DNA of 64,000 nt from Solirubrobacteraceae bacterium (GTDB taxonomy: Bacteria; Actinomycetota; Thermoleophilia; Solirubrobacterales; Solirubrobacteraceae): the NCBI GenBank assembly GCA_035485715.1, contig DATHNT010000013.1, positions 26,448 through 90,447 of the forward strand. Direction: 5' to 3'. The notes beneath the pieces were generated by a model. The model made no database searches and had not been told where the DNA came from. It was given only the letters and a program-made list of their open reading frames with translations. This document shows positions 52,615 to 61,487 of this stretch, piece after piece. Numbering within the stretch: position 1 is the stretch's first letter; each line of letters begins with the position of its first letter. The position numbers and the translations under genes are program-made.

Positions 52615-53492
52615 CCCGGGCCGGGATGCCGGGCTCTGTGCCCGAACTGCCGCTGCGTCACGCCGTGGTCCTCGGCCTCTTGCACGGCCCCACCGAGCTG
52701 CTGCCGGTCTCCTCCTCGGCGCACACCACACTCGTGCCGTGGCTGGCCGGCTGGCCTTACGAGCAGCTCGACCCAGGACTGCGCAAGTCCTTCGAGGTGG
52801 CCCTGCACGCGGGTACAGCGGCAGCCTTGTTGCTGTACCCGCCGCTCGAGTGCCAGCCGGTAGGGCCAGGCTTTCTGCTCGCGGCCTTGACGCCGCCCGC
52901 GCTGACCGGCTATGCGCTAGGCGGACAGATCGAGCAAAGGCTGGGAACCCCAGCCAATATCGTCGCCGGTTTGGTGGCCGGGTCGGTCGTGATGGGCGGT
53001 GTTGAGGTCTACAAAAAGTGGCATGCCCCCCACGTGCACGCGGGGCATCGGAATTTTGCGAGCAACACAACCCCCGCACAAATCGACGTCGTCCGCCCAA
53101 CCGCAAGCGACGGGCTGGCGCTGGGCTTGGCTCAAGCATTGGCGCTGATCCCGGGTGTGTCGCGCAGCGGCGCCACGTTGGCCGCAGCAAGGGCACGCGG
53201 CTTCTCACGCGAGGACGCAGACCAGCTCTCCTGGACGGTGGGATTGCCGGTGATCGCCGGCGCCACTCTGTTGCAGAGCACGCGCCTGGCACGCCGGCAG
53301 GCACGAGCAGACACGCCGGCAGGCACAACGCTGCCTCTGGCCATAGGCGCGGCAAGCGCTTTCCTCTCCACGCTCGCCAGCTCAAAGGCGCTCAATCGAC
53401 GCCGACGCGCCCAACTGCTGCCGGCCTGTATCGCCTACAGAGGGATGCTGGCGGCTCATGTGATCCGGCACATGCGCGATAACACCTGTTAG
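52611..53492 (+). CDS. uppP: Undecaprenyl-diphosphate phosphatase (BacA/UppP), divergent
   Basis: GLLHGPTELLPVSSSAH, EVALHAGT, QALALIPGVSRSG, FSREDA. Confidence 0.85.
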   Translation: MTRAGMPGSVPELPLRHAVVLGLLHGPTELLPVSSSAHTTLVPWLAGWPYEQLDPGLRKSFEVALHAGTAAALLLYPPLECQPVGPGFLLAALTPPALTGYALGGQIEQRLGTPANIVAGLVAGSVVMGGVEVYKKWHAPHVHAGHRNFASNTTPAQIDVVRPTASDGLALGLAQALALIPGVSRSGATLAAARARGFSREDADQLSWTVGLPVIAGATLLQSTRLARRQARADTPAGTTLPLAIGAASAFLSTLASSKALNRRRRAQLLPACIAYRGMLAAHVIRHMRDNTC

Positions 53493-53575
53493 CACGCCCT
53501 TCAATCCCAAAAAATATGCAGCTAGGCACGCCCTCAAGCAAGCGTTGGCATACTCAGGCATTCGAGACTCAAATC

Positions 53576-55132
53576 GTGAACAGCGCCATCCTTGGCACCA
53601 CACTCGGCGGTCGCTACCGCCTCGACGAGCAGATCGGGCACGGCGGTATGAGCACCGTCTACCGCGCGTTCGACACCGTGCTCGAACGCGAGGTCGCGAT
53701 CAAGCTGATGCACCGCGAGATCGCATCGGACTCGGGACAGCTCGAGCGCTTTCGGCGCGAGGCGCGCGCCGTGGCGCAGCTCAACCATCCGCATATCGTG
53801 ACCGTGATCGACGCCGGCGAGTGGGATGTCGGCGAGGGCTCGGGTACCGCCGAGAGCGAGTCCAGCGGGACTCCGTACATCGTGCTCGAGCACGTCGCCG
53901 GCGAGACGCTCAAGGATCTGATCCGTCGCGACGCGCCGCTGGACGTGCCCACGGCGCTCGCCTACGGGATCGAGATAGCCCGCGCGCTCGGCGCCGCACA
54001 TCTGCAGGAGATCGTCCACCGCGACGTCAAGCCGCAGAACGTGCTGCTCGGCGGAGAGGGCGGCGCGAAGATCACCGACTTCGGCATCGCGCGCACGCTG
54101 ACGGAGGAAGGACTGACCATGGACGGACGCGTGCTCGGCACCACCGACTACGTCTCCCCGGAGCAGGCGCTCGGGCAGCCCGTCACCGGTCAATCGGACG
54201 TCTACTCGCTCGGCGTGGTCCTCTACGAGATGCTGACCGGCTCAGTCCCATACAAAGGCTCCTCGCCGGTTGCGGTGGCGATGATGCACGTGCGCGAGGA
54301 GGTTCCAGACGTGCAACTGGCACGTCCCGAGGTCTCGGCGGCAACCGCTGCTGTAGTCGAACGCGCCACCGCCAAGGATCTCGAGCGGCGCTATCCAGGC
54401 ATGGCGGCCATGATCGCCGACATGGAGGAGGCCCTGGCGATCGAGACGGCCCGCTCCGGGCAGACCACCGGCGAGGTCACCGCGGTCCTGCGCACCCTGC
54501 ATTCGCCAGCCAGGCGCCTGCTGCCGTGGCGCCTGCGCCACCCAGCACGCTGGGCGATCTCGCTGGCACTGCTCGCGGCGGTCGTCGCGCTCGTGCTCGT
54601 CGCACTGGCGGGCCACACGCACAGCGGCACTGGCGTGGCGCCGGACGTGCACTCGAGCGCCGGAGTCACGCCGGTCGTGCTCAAACAGGAAGCGGCCAGC
54701 TCATACAACCCGTTCGGTACTGGGCCAGAACACGCCGAAGACGTGGCAAGCGTCATCGACGGGGATCTCACGACCTCGTGGAGCACCGAGCACTACATCG
54801 AAGGCAACTTGGGCAAGCCAGGACTCGGCGTCTCGCTCGACGCAAGCCCGGGCGTGGCCGCACGAGCACTCGAGATCCAGACGCCCACCCCGGGCTTTCG
54901 CGCCGGCGTATACGGCGCAACCGGTCCGCCCACCTCCACCCCGTCCAGTAGCAGCGAGAGTCTGACTGCGCTCGGCTGGAAGCAGCTGGCGCCGGCACGC
55001 AAGATCGGCGCGCGCACGACGATCCCGATCAACCCGACACGACTGGTCTACCGCTACTACCTGGTCTGGATCGTCAGCTTGCCGGCGAGGAACGAAACCG
55101 CACAGATCTCGGAGATCACCTTGTTCAAGTAG
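53576..55132 (+). CDS. Ser/Thr protein kinase with TM and discoidin-like extracellular domain
   Basis: IGHGGMSTVY, VAIK, HRDVKPQN, DFGIA, YVSPEQ; TM; C-terminus VIDGDLTTSW...YRYYLVW. Confidence 0.92.
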   Translation: MNSAILGTTLGGRYRLDEQIGHGGMSTVYRAFDTVLEREVAIKLMHREIASDSGQLERFRREARAVAQLNHPHIVTVIDAGEWDVGEGSGTAESESSGTPYIVLEHVAGETLKDLIRRDAPLDVPTALAYGIEIARALGAAHLQEIVHRDVKPQNVLLGGEGGAKITDFGIARTLTEEGLTMDGRVLGTTDYVSPEQALGQPVTGQSDVYSLGVVLYEMLTGSVPYKGSSPVAVAMMHVREEVPDVQLARPEVSAATAAVVERATAKDLERRYPGMAAMIADMEEALAIETARSGQTTGEVTAVLRTLHSPARRLLPWRLRHPARWAISLALLAAVVALVLVALAGHTHSGTGVAPDVHSSAGVTPVVLKQEAASSYNPFGTGPEHAEDVASVIDGDLTTSWSTEHYIEGNLGKPGLGVSLDASPGVAARALEIQTPTPGFRAGVYGATGPPTSTPSSSSESLTALGWKQLAPARKIGARTTIPINPTRLVYRYYLVWIVSLPARNETAQISEITLFK

Positions 55133-55202
55133 ACGAGGCGGCCGCCGAGACCACGCCCGCGAGCGCAAGCCTGGGCGCGGCCGGGTCAGGCACGCGAAGG
55201 CG

Positions 55203-57149
55203 TTACCCGTTCGCCGGCGGCGCGCCCGCAGCCGGCGCCGGTGCGGCAGGAGTGGTGGGGGTAGTTGTGGTGGTGGTAGAGGTCGAGGTGGTTTGCTGGG
55301 CGAGTACGCCAACGGCGATCGTCACTTCGCCGCCCTTGGACAGCTTGTGACCGGCCGCTGGGCTCTGCTGCACGACGGTCCCGACCTTGCTCTGTTCGGT
55401 GACCGTGCGCTGCACGGTATGCGAAGTGAGGTCGGCGGCAGTCAGCGTCGCCACCGCCTGCGCTTCGCTTTGGCCGACGAGCGAGGGCACTGTCGCTTGC
55501 TTGAGCGCCTGTGCCACCACGATCGTCACGGCTGAGCCGACCTTCAGGGAGGAGCCGGCCGATGGGGACTGCGATATTACGGTGCCCGCTGCCGGTTCGG
55601 CGACTTCGCGCTTGACCACCGTCTCTTTCAGCCCGGCGGCTGCCAGCGCCGCCGTCGCGGCAGCCTGCGATTCCCCTGTCACTTCCGGCACGCTGGCTTC
55701 CCGGGGGCCCGAGGACACGTATACCGTGACGGGGCTGCCGTGCTGCACCTCGATGCCGGCAGCAGGGTTGGTGGAGATCACCAGGCCCTTTTCGACGCTG
55801 CTGCTCGACTGGTTTTGGGCGGTCGGCTGAAAGCCCTTCTTGCGCAAGATCTTCAGCGCTTCGTCGCTCGTCTTGTGTATGACATCGGGCAACCCCAGAG
55901 TTTCCGGGCCCGAGGACACGTACACGCTTACGTGCGAACCCTTCGCGACGAGCGTTCCGTGTGGAGGTGTGGTGCCGACAACGAGCCCGTTTGCGACGTC
56001 CGCATTGGAGGTCAACGAGACCACGGGTGTCAACCCGGCCCGCTGCAGCGAGGTCACGGCAGCCGGCTGCGTCTCGCCCGTGACTTCCGGCACGCTCACG
56101 CGGTCCGTCTTCGATCCTGGCAGGAGTAGCAGCAACAGCACTGCCGCCACGATCGCAAACGCCGCCACGCCGGCGGCGATCCACCAGGCGCGCTTGCGTT
56201 TGCGCGCATCGTCCTCGGCCGAGTGCGTCTCCTCCGGCGGTAGCGGCGGCACCAACAGCGCGGCAGCCGCCGCGGTCTGCGTAGGCGGCGCCCCGTTGAA
56301 GGCGGGCGCCGGCGCCGGCGAGATGCCCTCGCGCGCCTGCTGCAGCGCGGCGATGAACTCATCCGCGCTCGCAAAGCGCGCCAAAGGATCCTTGGCCAGC
56401 GAGCGCATCACCACCGCGTCGAGCGCCGGCGTCACTTCGGGATTGCGCTGGCTCGGAGGGGTCGGTTCGGCCGAGACCTGCTTGAGCGCGATCGTCACGG
56501 CCGACTCGCCCTCGAAGGGCACGCTGCCGGTCAGCAACTCATAGAGGACGACGCCGACCGCGTACAGGTCGGAGGTCTCGCTGACCGCGTGGCCTTGGGC
56601 CTGCTCGGGTGAGAGGTACTGCGCCGTGCCCATGATCGAGCCGGTCAGCGTCATGTCCGAAGCCCCGGCGCGCGCGATCCCGAAGTCGGTGACCTTCGCA
56701 CGTCCCTCCTCGTCGAGGATCACGTTGTGGGGCTTGATGTCACGGTGGATGATCCCGCGGCGATGGGCAAACCGGACCGCCAACAGGATCTGCACGACGA
56801 TGTCGGTCGCATCCGACGGCGACAGCGGCCCATGCTCGCGCACGACGGCCTTCAGCGAGCGCCCCGGCAGGTACTCCATCGCGATGTAGTAGGTGCCGTC
56901 CCACTCGCCCCGGTCGAACACGGCGACGACGTTGGGATGCGAGAGACCGGCGGCGCTCGAGGCCTCGCGACGGAAGCGCTCGACGAACTCCTGATCCTCG
57001 GCGAAGCGATGGTGCAACAGCTTCAGCGCCACCTGCCTGCCGAGCAGCGTGTCGTGGGCGAGGTACACGTCAGCCATCCCGCCGGAGCCGAGCCTCGCGG
57101 AAACGCGATAGCGCCCGTCTATGACCGTGCCGGCCTCGATCGCGCTCAT
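55203..57149 (-). CDS. pknB: PknB/Stk1 Ser/Thr kinase with four PASTA domains
   Basis: LGSGGMADVY, VALK, HRDIKPHN, DFGIARAG, GTAQYLSPEQ; TM; four PASTA repeats. Confidence 0.95.
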   Translation of the reverse strand: MSAIEAGTVIDGRYRVSARLGSGGMADVYLAHDTLLGRQVALKLLHHRFAEDQEFVERFRREASSAAGLSHPNVVAVFDRGEWDGTYYIAMEYLPGRSLKAVVREHGPLSPSDATDIVVQILLAVRFAHRRGIIHRDIKPHNVILDEEGRAKVTDFGIARAGASDMTLTGSIMGTAQYLSPEQAQGHAVSETSDLYAVGVVLYELLTGSVPFEGESAVTIALKQVSAEPTPPSQRNPEVTPALDAVVMRSLAKDPLARFASADEFIAALQQAREGISPAPAPAFNGAPPTQTAAAAALLVPPLPPEETHSAEDDARKRKRAWWIAAGVAAFAIVAAVLLLLLLPGSKTDRVSVPEVTGETQPAAVTSLQRAGLTPVVSLTSNADVANGLVVGTTPPHGTLVAKGSHVSVYVSSGPETLGLPDVIHKTSDEALKILRKKGFQPTAQNQSSSSVEKGLVISTNPAAGIEVQHGSPVTVYVSSGPREASVPEVTGESQAAATAALAAAGLKETVVKREVAEPAAGTVISQSPSAGSSLKVGSAVTIVVAQALKQATVPSLVGQSEAQAVATLTAADLTSHTVQRTVTEQSKVGTVVQQSPAAGHKLSKGGEVTIAVGVLAQQTTSTSTTTTTTPTTPAAPAPAAGAPPANG

Positions 57150-58582
57150 TTGAGCAACGCTTCCATCACTTGCTTTGCGACGGGCGCGGCGAATGTGGCC
57201 CCTTGGCCCGGCACGCCCTTGAGCGTCACCGCGACGGCGACTGTCGGATTCTGCGCGGGCGCAAAAGCGATGAACCAAACGTTGTTGATCGCCGTGCCGA
57301 TCTGCGTTTCGGCGGTACCCGTCTTGCCGGCAACCCGCACCCCGGGAATCTGGGCACTGGTGCCGGTCGCGCCGGGACTGTAAACGACGGCTTCCATCAT
57401 TCCGGTGATAGACGCGGCGGTCGAGCGCTTCATCACCACCGACTGCACTTTGGGGGCGATGCGTTGCAGCACGTGCCCGTCCGGTTCTACGATCGAGGAG
57501 GTCAGGTGGGGGACCATCAGCTTGCCGTGATTGGCGACGGCTGCAGCCACCTCGGCCATCTGCAGCGGTGTCACCTCGAGCTTGTCCTGGCCGATACCCA
57601 TGCGACCCACATCGACGTATGTGCTGGTCGGCGCGATCAACCTTCCGTTCAGGTACTCGCCGCTGGCAGACATCTCCTTCGCCGGGTAATCGAGTTGCGG
57701 CTTGCGGTCGAAGCCGAAACGACGCATGTAGCGTGCCATCGTGGCCTTGCCGAGTCGCTCCGCCACCTGTGCGTAGACCGTGTTCACCGAATGGGCGAGA
57801 GCTTCGGTGAGCGTGATTTTACCGAAGCTCTCGTCGTTGTCGTTTTTCAGCGGAAAACCGGAGACGAGCAGTCCGTTGCGTCCGCTCAAAGTCGATTCCG
57901 GGGTGAACTGCCCTGTGTCGATCGCGGCGGTGGCGGTCACGACCTTGAACGTCGAACCCGGGGCGTAGCCATATTGGACGGCACGGTTCAAAAGCGGCGA
58001 GCCAGGCTCGCGCTCGATCTTCTCATAGCTGCGACGCGAAGCAGCCGCGTTCGCGTCATAGCTCGGCTTGGAAGCCATCACCTCGACCGCTCCGGTGCGC
58101 GGGTCGAGCGCCACGACGGCGCCTTCGTGTTCGCCGAGCGCGGCGATCGCCGTCTGCTGCGCTGAGGGCTGGAGTGTCGTGACGACCGTGTTGCCCTGCG
58201 GCTTGCGCCCTTGCAGCTGGTCGAGAATGCTCTGCACGCTGGTGCCGGTCTCGCCGTCGAGCGCGGCGTTGCGATACAGCTCCAAACCCACCTGCCCGCG
58301 TTCGATGAAGGAGTAGCCCACTGGCGCGGTGAACTCGCTCCCACGCGGATAGCTGCGTGAATAGGTGCCTTCGTCTCCACGCACACTATGAGCCAGCACC
58401 GTACCGTCAGCCGCCAGAATCGGGCCGCGGTCGATCCGCTCCTGCTGGAGCAGACCGCGCACATTCAGTTCGCTTGTACGCAACGAGGAGGCTTCGAAGA
58501 CGGTCCAGCGCGAGGTGAAGGCGATCAACACCGCGAACAGCACCACGACCAGCCCATACAAACGGACGATTGGACGGTTCAC
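57146..58582 (-). CDS. pbpA: Class B penicillin-binding protein (PbpA-type transpeptidase)
   Basis: N-terminal TM; STFK (SxxK), SVN, KTG motifs. Confidence 0.92.
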   Translation of the reverse strand: MNRPIVRLYGLVVVLFAVLIAFTSRWTVFEASSLRTSELNVRGLLQQERIDRGPILAADGTVLAHSVRGDEGTYSRSYPRGSEFTAPVGYSFIERGQVGLELYRNAALDGETGTSVQSILDQLQGRKPQGNTVVTTLQPSAQQTAIAALGEHEGAVVALDPRTGAVEVMASKPSYDANAAASRRSYEKIEREPGSPLLNRAVQYGYAPGSTFKVVTATAAIDTGQFTPESTLSGRNGLLVSGFPLKNDNDESFGKITLTEALAHSVNTVYAQVAERLGKATMARYMRRFGFDRKPQLDYPAKEMSASGEYLNGRLIAPTSTYVDVGRMGIGQDKLEVTPLQMAEVAAAVANHGKLMVPHLTSSIVEPDGHVLQRIAPKVQSVVMKRSTAASITGMMEAVVYSPGATGTSAQIPGVRVAGKTGTAETQIGTAINNVWFIAFAPAQNPTVAVAVTLKGVPGQGATFAAPVAKQVMEALLK

Positions 58583-58659
58583 GCGCGAGCACCCCCGTCC
58601 AAGCCTGTCCAAAGGCAGGCGGCGGGACCGGCGGCCGTCGGGGCGGTAAGCCGGCTCAT
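58579..58659 (-). pseudogene. 26-aa mini-ORF at the usual rodA position (possible deletion scar)
   Basis: ATG overlaps the pstP stop and its TGA overlaps the pbpA GTG; MSRLTAPTAAGPAACLWTGLDGGARA. No recognisable RodA motif. Confidence 0.35.
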
Positions 58660-59939
58660 CCTTCGCTCAACTGTCCCAGTTCGAGCTCACGCATCAGTTC
58701 GGCGGCGTCGCCTTCGGAGCGCAGCGAATGGTCGAGCAACGCCTGGCGACGAGCGGGCACGAGCGTCGAGGCGCTCACGCCCGAGACATAATCGCTCGTG
58801 TACAGCTTGATTTTGCCTGGGAGTTCGTAGGGCAGGCCGTTGTACATGGTCACCAGGCCGCGCTGATTGGTGCCGATGAAATAGACCGACTGCAACGCCA
58901 GGTACGCCGCAGCCGCCAGCAGACCAACGACGATCGACAGCACGACGAGTGTGCGCACGCGGCGAAGGCGTCTGCGCAACCGCGCACTTTTTGTGGGTTG
59001 GGAGGTCTGCTGCGGCCAGCGCGGGCGCCGCGGGGGCGCCGGCGCCTGGTTGCCGTTGAGACTCAGTGGCTGTTCGGCATACTCGTCATCGCGCACAGCC
59101 ACATCCGAGTCGGCCTGTGAAGTCGGGATGGAAGTTCGCTCCTGTGACGCCGAGGGGGCCGGCGGCACAGCCGCGACGGCGGTGATCGTGGTGTGCCCGT
59201 CGCCGGGCCGCTCGGCCTCGCTGAGCACCTCCTCCAAGCGCAGCAGCACGACGGTTATGTTGTCCTTGCCGCCTGCCCCGTTGGCAGCCGCGATCAGCGC
59301 CTCACCGGCGTCCGCCAAACGTTCGTGCAATGCGAGCAAGCGCAGCAGTTCGGCCTCACCGACCATTGTCGTCAGGCCGTCGCTACAGAGCAGATAGACG
59401 TCGCCCGGACGACCGCGGAAGGAGCGCACGTCCACCTCGACGCTCGCCTCCGGCCCGAGCGCGCGCGTGATCACCGATCGTTGCGGATGCTCCTCGGCTT
59501 CCTCGGGGGTCAACTTGCCCTGGCGGATCAGCTCGTCTACGAGCGAGTGGTCGTCTGTGAGGCGCAGCAGTTCGCCGTCGCGCATGCAGTACGCGCGCGA
59601 GTCGCCGACGTGGGCGATCGCGACATCCTGCTCGCCGACGTACACGGCCGTGATCGTGGTGCCCATACCGGCATGCTCGGCGTTGCTGTGCGAGAGCTCG
59701 TTGATGCGGGAGTTCGCCTGCTCGACCTGAGCCACGAGGCTACGCTCGGGATCCTCGCCGTCCTCCAGGCCCGCACGGAAGGTGTCGACCGCGACGCTCG
59801 AGGCGACCTCGCCGGCCTGCGCGCCGCCCATCCCGTCGGCGACGACGAACAGCGGCGAGCGTACGAGCAGCGAGTCCTCGTTGGCGCGGCGTTGCAGGCC
59901 AGTGTCGGTGCCAGACCAGTGTTCGGCCACACGCAGCAT
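58656..59939 (-). CDS. pstP: PP2C (Stp1/PstP) Ser/Thr phosphatase with TM and extracellular tail
   Basis: NEDS, VADGMGG, GMGTT, HVGDSRAY, TDDHS, LCSDGL, GGKDNIT. Confidence 0.95.
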   Translation of the reverse strand: MLRVAEHWSGTDTGLQRRANEDSLLVRSPLFVVADGMGGAQAGEVASSVAVDTFRAGLEDGEDPERSLVAQVEQANSRINELSHSNAEHAGMGTTITAVYVGEQDVAIAHVGDSRAYCMRDGELLRLTDDHSLVDELIRQGKLTPEEAEEHPQRSVITRALGPEASVEVDVRSFRGRPGDVYLLCSDGLTTMVGEAELLRLLALHERLADAGEALIAAANGAGGKDNITVVLLRLEEVLSEAERPGDGHTTITAVAAVPPAPSASQERTSIPTSQADSDVAVRDDEYAEQPLSLNGNQAPAPPRRPRWPQQTSQPTKSARLRRRLRRVRTLVVLSIVVGLLAAAAYLALQSVYFIGTNQRGLVTMYNGLPYELPGKIKLYTSDYVSGVSASTLVPARRQALLDHSLRSEGDAAELMRELELGQLSEG

Positions 59940-59953
59940 CAGTGGACCACCGG

Positions 59954-60472
59954 TCAGTCGACCTCGAAGACGAATTCGGAGTCGCCGATGCGCACGCGAT
60001 CGCCTGGGTGCAGGGGACGTGGGCCGTCGAGCAGCTCCTCGTTGAGGTAGGTGCCGTTGGTTGAGCCGAGATCCTCGATCACGAGGATCTTCCCTTGCTC
60101 GTATACGCGCGCATGGCGCGAGGAGGCGAACGGATCGCTCAAGCGTATCTCGGCAGTGTCGCCACGGCCGAAGACGACGTCGCCGCCAAGGTCATAGATC
60201 ATCCCCGGCTCGTGACCCGGAGCGCGCTCGACGACCAGGCGCGGTTCGCGGCCGAGCAGATCGGCCGGCCCGAGCGTCGAGGCCGAGTGCAGACCGGTCG
60301 CATCGGCGGGCACGGTTCCCGCCTGCACGGCGCCTCGGTCCAGGGCTGAGACCTGCGCCCCATTGCCGCGCAGGTCTCGCAGAGCGCTACGAGCCACCCA
60401 CAAAAGGAACAGGTACATGACAGCCAGGAAGCCGAACTTCAGCATCACCGACACAGGCGCGAGATTGTTCAT
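59954..60472 (-). CDS. fhaB: FHA domain protein with N-terminal TM (FhaB/FipA-like)
   Basis: LKFGFLAVMYLFL; FGR, ASSRHA, DLGSTNGT. Confidence 0.9.
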   Translation of the reverse strand: MNNLAPVSVMLKFGFLAVMYLFLLWVARSALRDLRGNGAQVSALDRGAVQAGTVPADATGLHSASTLGPADLLGREPRLVVERAPGHEPGMIYDLGGDVVFGRGDTAEIRLSDPFASSRHARVYEQGKILVIEDLGSTNGTYLNEELLDGPRPLHPGDRVRIGDSEFVFEVD

Positions 60473-61365
60473 GGGGCGATCTCGAAAAGCATCTCAGTCG
60501 AGCCGATCTCGATGCGGTCCCCTGTGTGCACTTCTTGCGGGCCGTGGACTGTGGCGCCGTTGACGCGCACCCCGTTGGTGGAACCAAGGTCCTCGATCGT
60601 CCAACCCTGACCGCCGGGGCGAAGCTCGGCATGGCGGCGCGAGATGCTCGAATCCTCGAGCACGATGTCGCAGTCGCGGCTGCGACCGATCGTTGCCCCG
60701 CGAGGAGCGACGAGCAGGCGTCTGCCCGAGACCAGTAGCAGCGCCTTGGGCCGCCGCCGCGCGCCGGTCTGCTCGTCGGCGGCGCGCGTGCGCTGGGAGT
60801 TACTGAAGATCATCGTGTTGCCGACCTCTTCGGGCTCCGTGTAGGCAGGCGCAGGTGCAACAGCGGGAGAACGGGCCCCGACAGCTGAGCCGGCAGGTTC
60901 GATCGATGCACCCGCGCCGCCGGCGGATGCAGCCGATGCGCGATGGCCCGTAGGAGCCGGCTGAGGTGGCTCCTCATTCACCGGTGGCTCCTCCTCGAGC
61001 CTTGCCAGCCGCGCTTCGATGCCAAATTCGCCGAGCTGCAGATCCTCGTCGGTGTGAAACACGATCTGCGGTCGCGAAGCGAGCGCCAGGTCCTCAGCGC
61101 GCGCGTGCTCGAGCAGATAGGCGCACAGTTCGTCGATCACCTCTTGCTCGACGCCCTCGTAGCGGGCGCGGTCGCGTGGCGAGAGCCAAACCGAGTATTC
61201 GTTGGGTGCGTACACGCGCGAGACGGAGATCGTCTTGTTCTCGTCCATCTCGCGTGCGAGCTTGTGCGCAAGCTCCATCGGACGGACCTCTGCTTTGAAG
61301 ACGCGCCCGAACGTGCCTTCGACGAGGCCGGCGATCATGTTCTCCAGTGTCCTCAGCGGATTCAT
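60469..61365 (-). CDS. fhaA: FhaA (DUF3662 + FHA)
   Basis: LENMIAGLVEGTFGRVF, VRPMELA, APNEYSVWLS; C-terminal IGRS, SRRHA, DLGSTNGV. Confidence 0.92.
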   Translation of the reverse strand: MNPLRTLENMIAGLVEGTFGRVFKAEVRPMELAHKLAREMDENKTISVSRVYAPNEYSVWLSPRDRARYEGVEQEVIDELCAYLLEHARAEDLALASRPQIVFHTDEDLQLGEFGIEARLARLEEEPPVNEEPPQPAPTGHRASAASAGGAGASIEPAGSAVGARSPAVAPAPAYTEPEEVGNTMIFSNSQRTRAADEQTGARRRPKALLLVSGRRLLVAPRGATIGRSRDCDIVLEDSSISRRHAELRPGGQGWTIEDLGSTNGVRVNGATVHGPQEVHTGDRIEIGSTEMLFEIAP

Positions 61366-61487
61366 CTCAGGGGCACCTCGAAAAGAGCACCTCAGCTTGG
61401 CCGCGACAAGCGCCTGGCGCATCCAGAGGTGCACGCATTTCGATACCCACTCTAAGGGCCGCGTGCGATGGGAGCGTGCGCATGTCG

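Noticed and set aside
61366-61487. tRNA upstream of fhaA, as in many Actinomycetota (also checked 63279-63420)
   Set aside because: No TTCGA T-loop or cloverleaf found.
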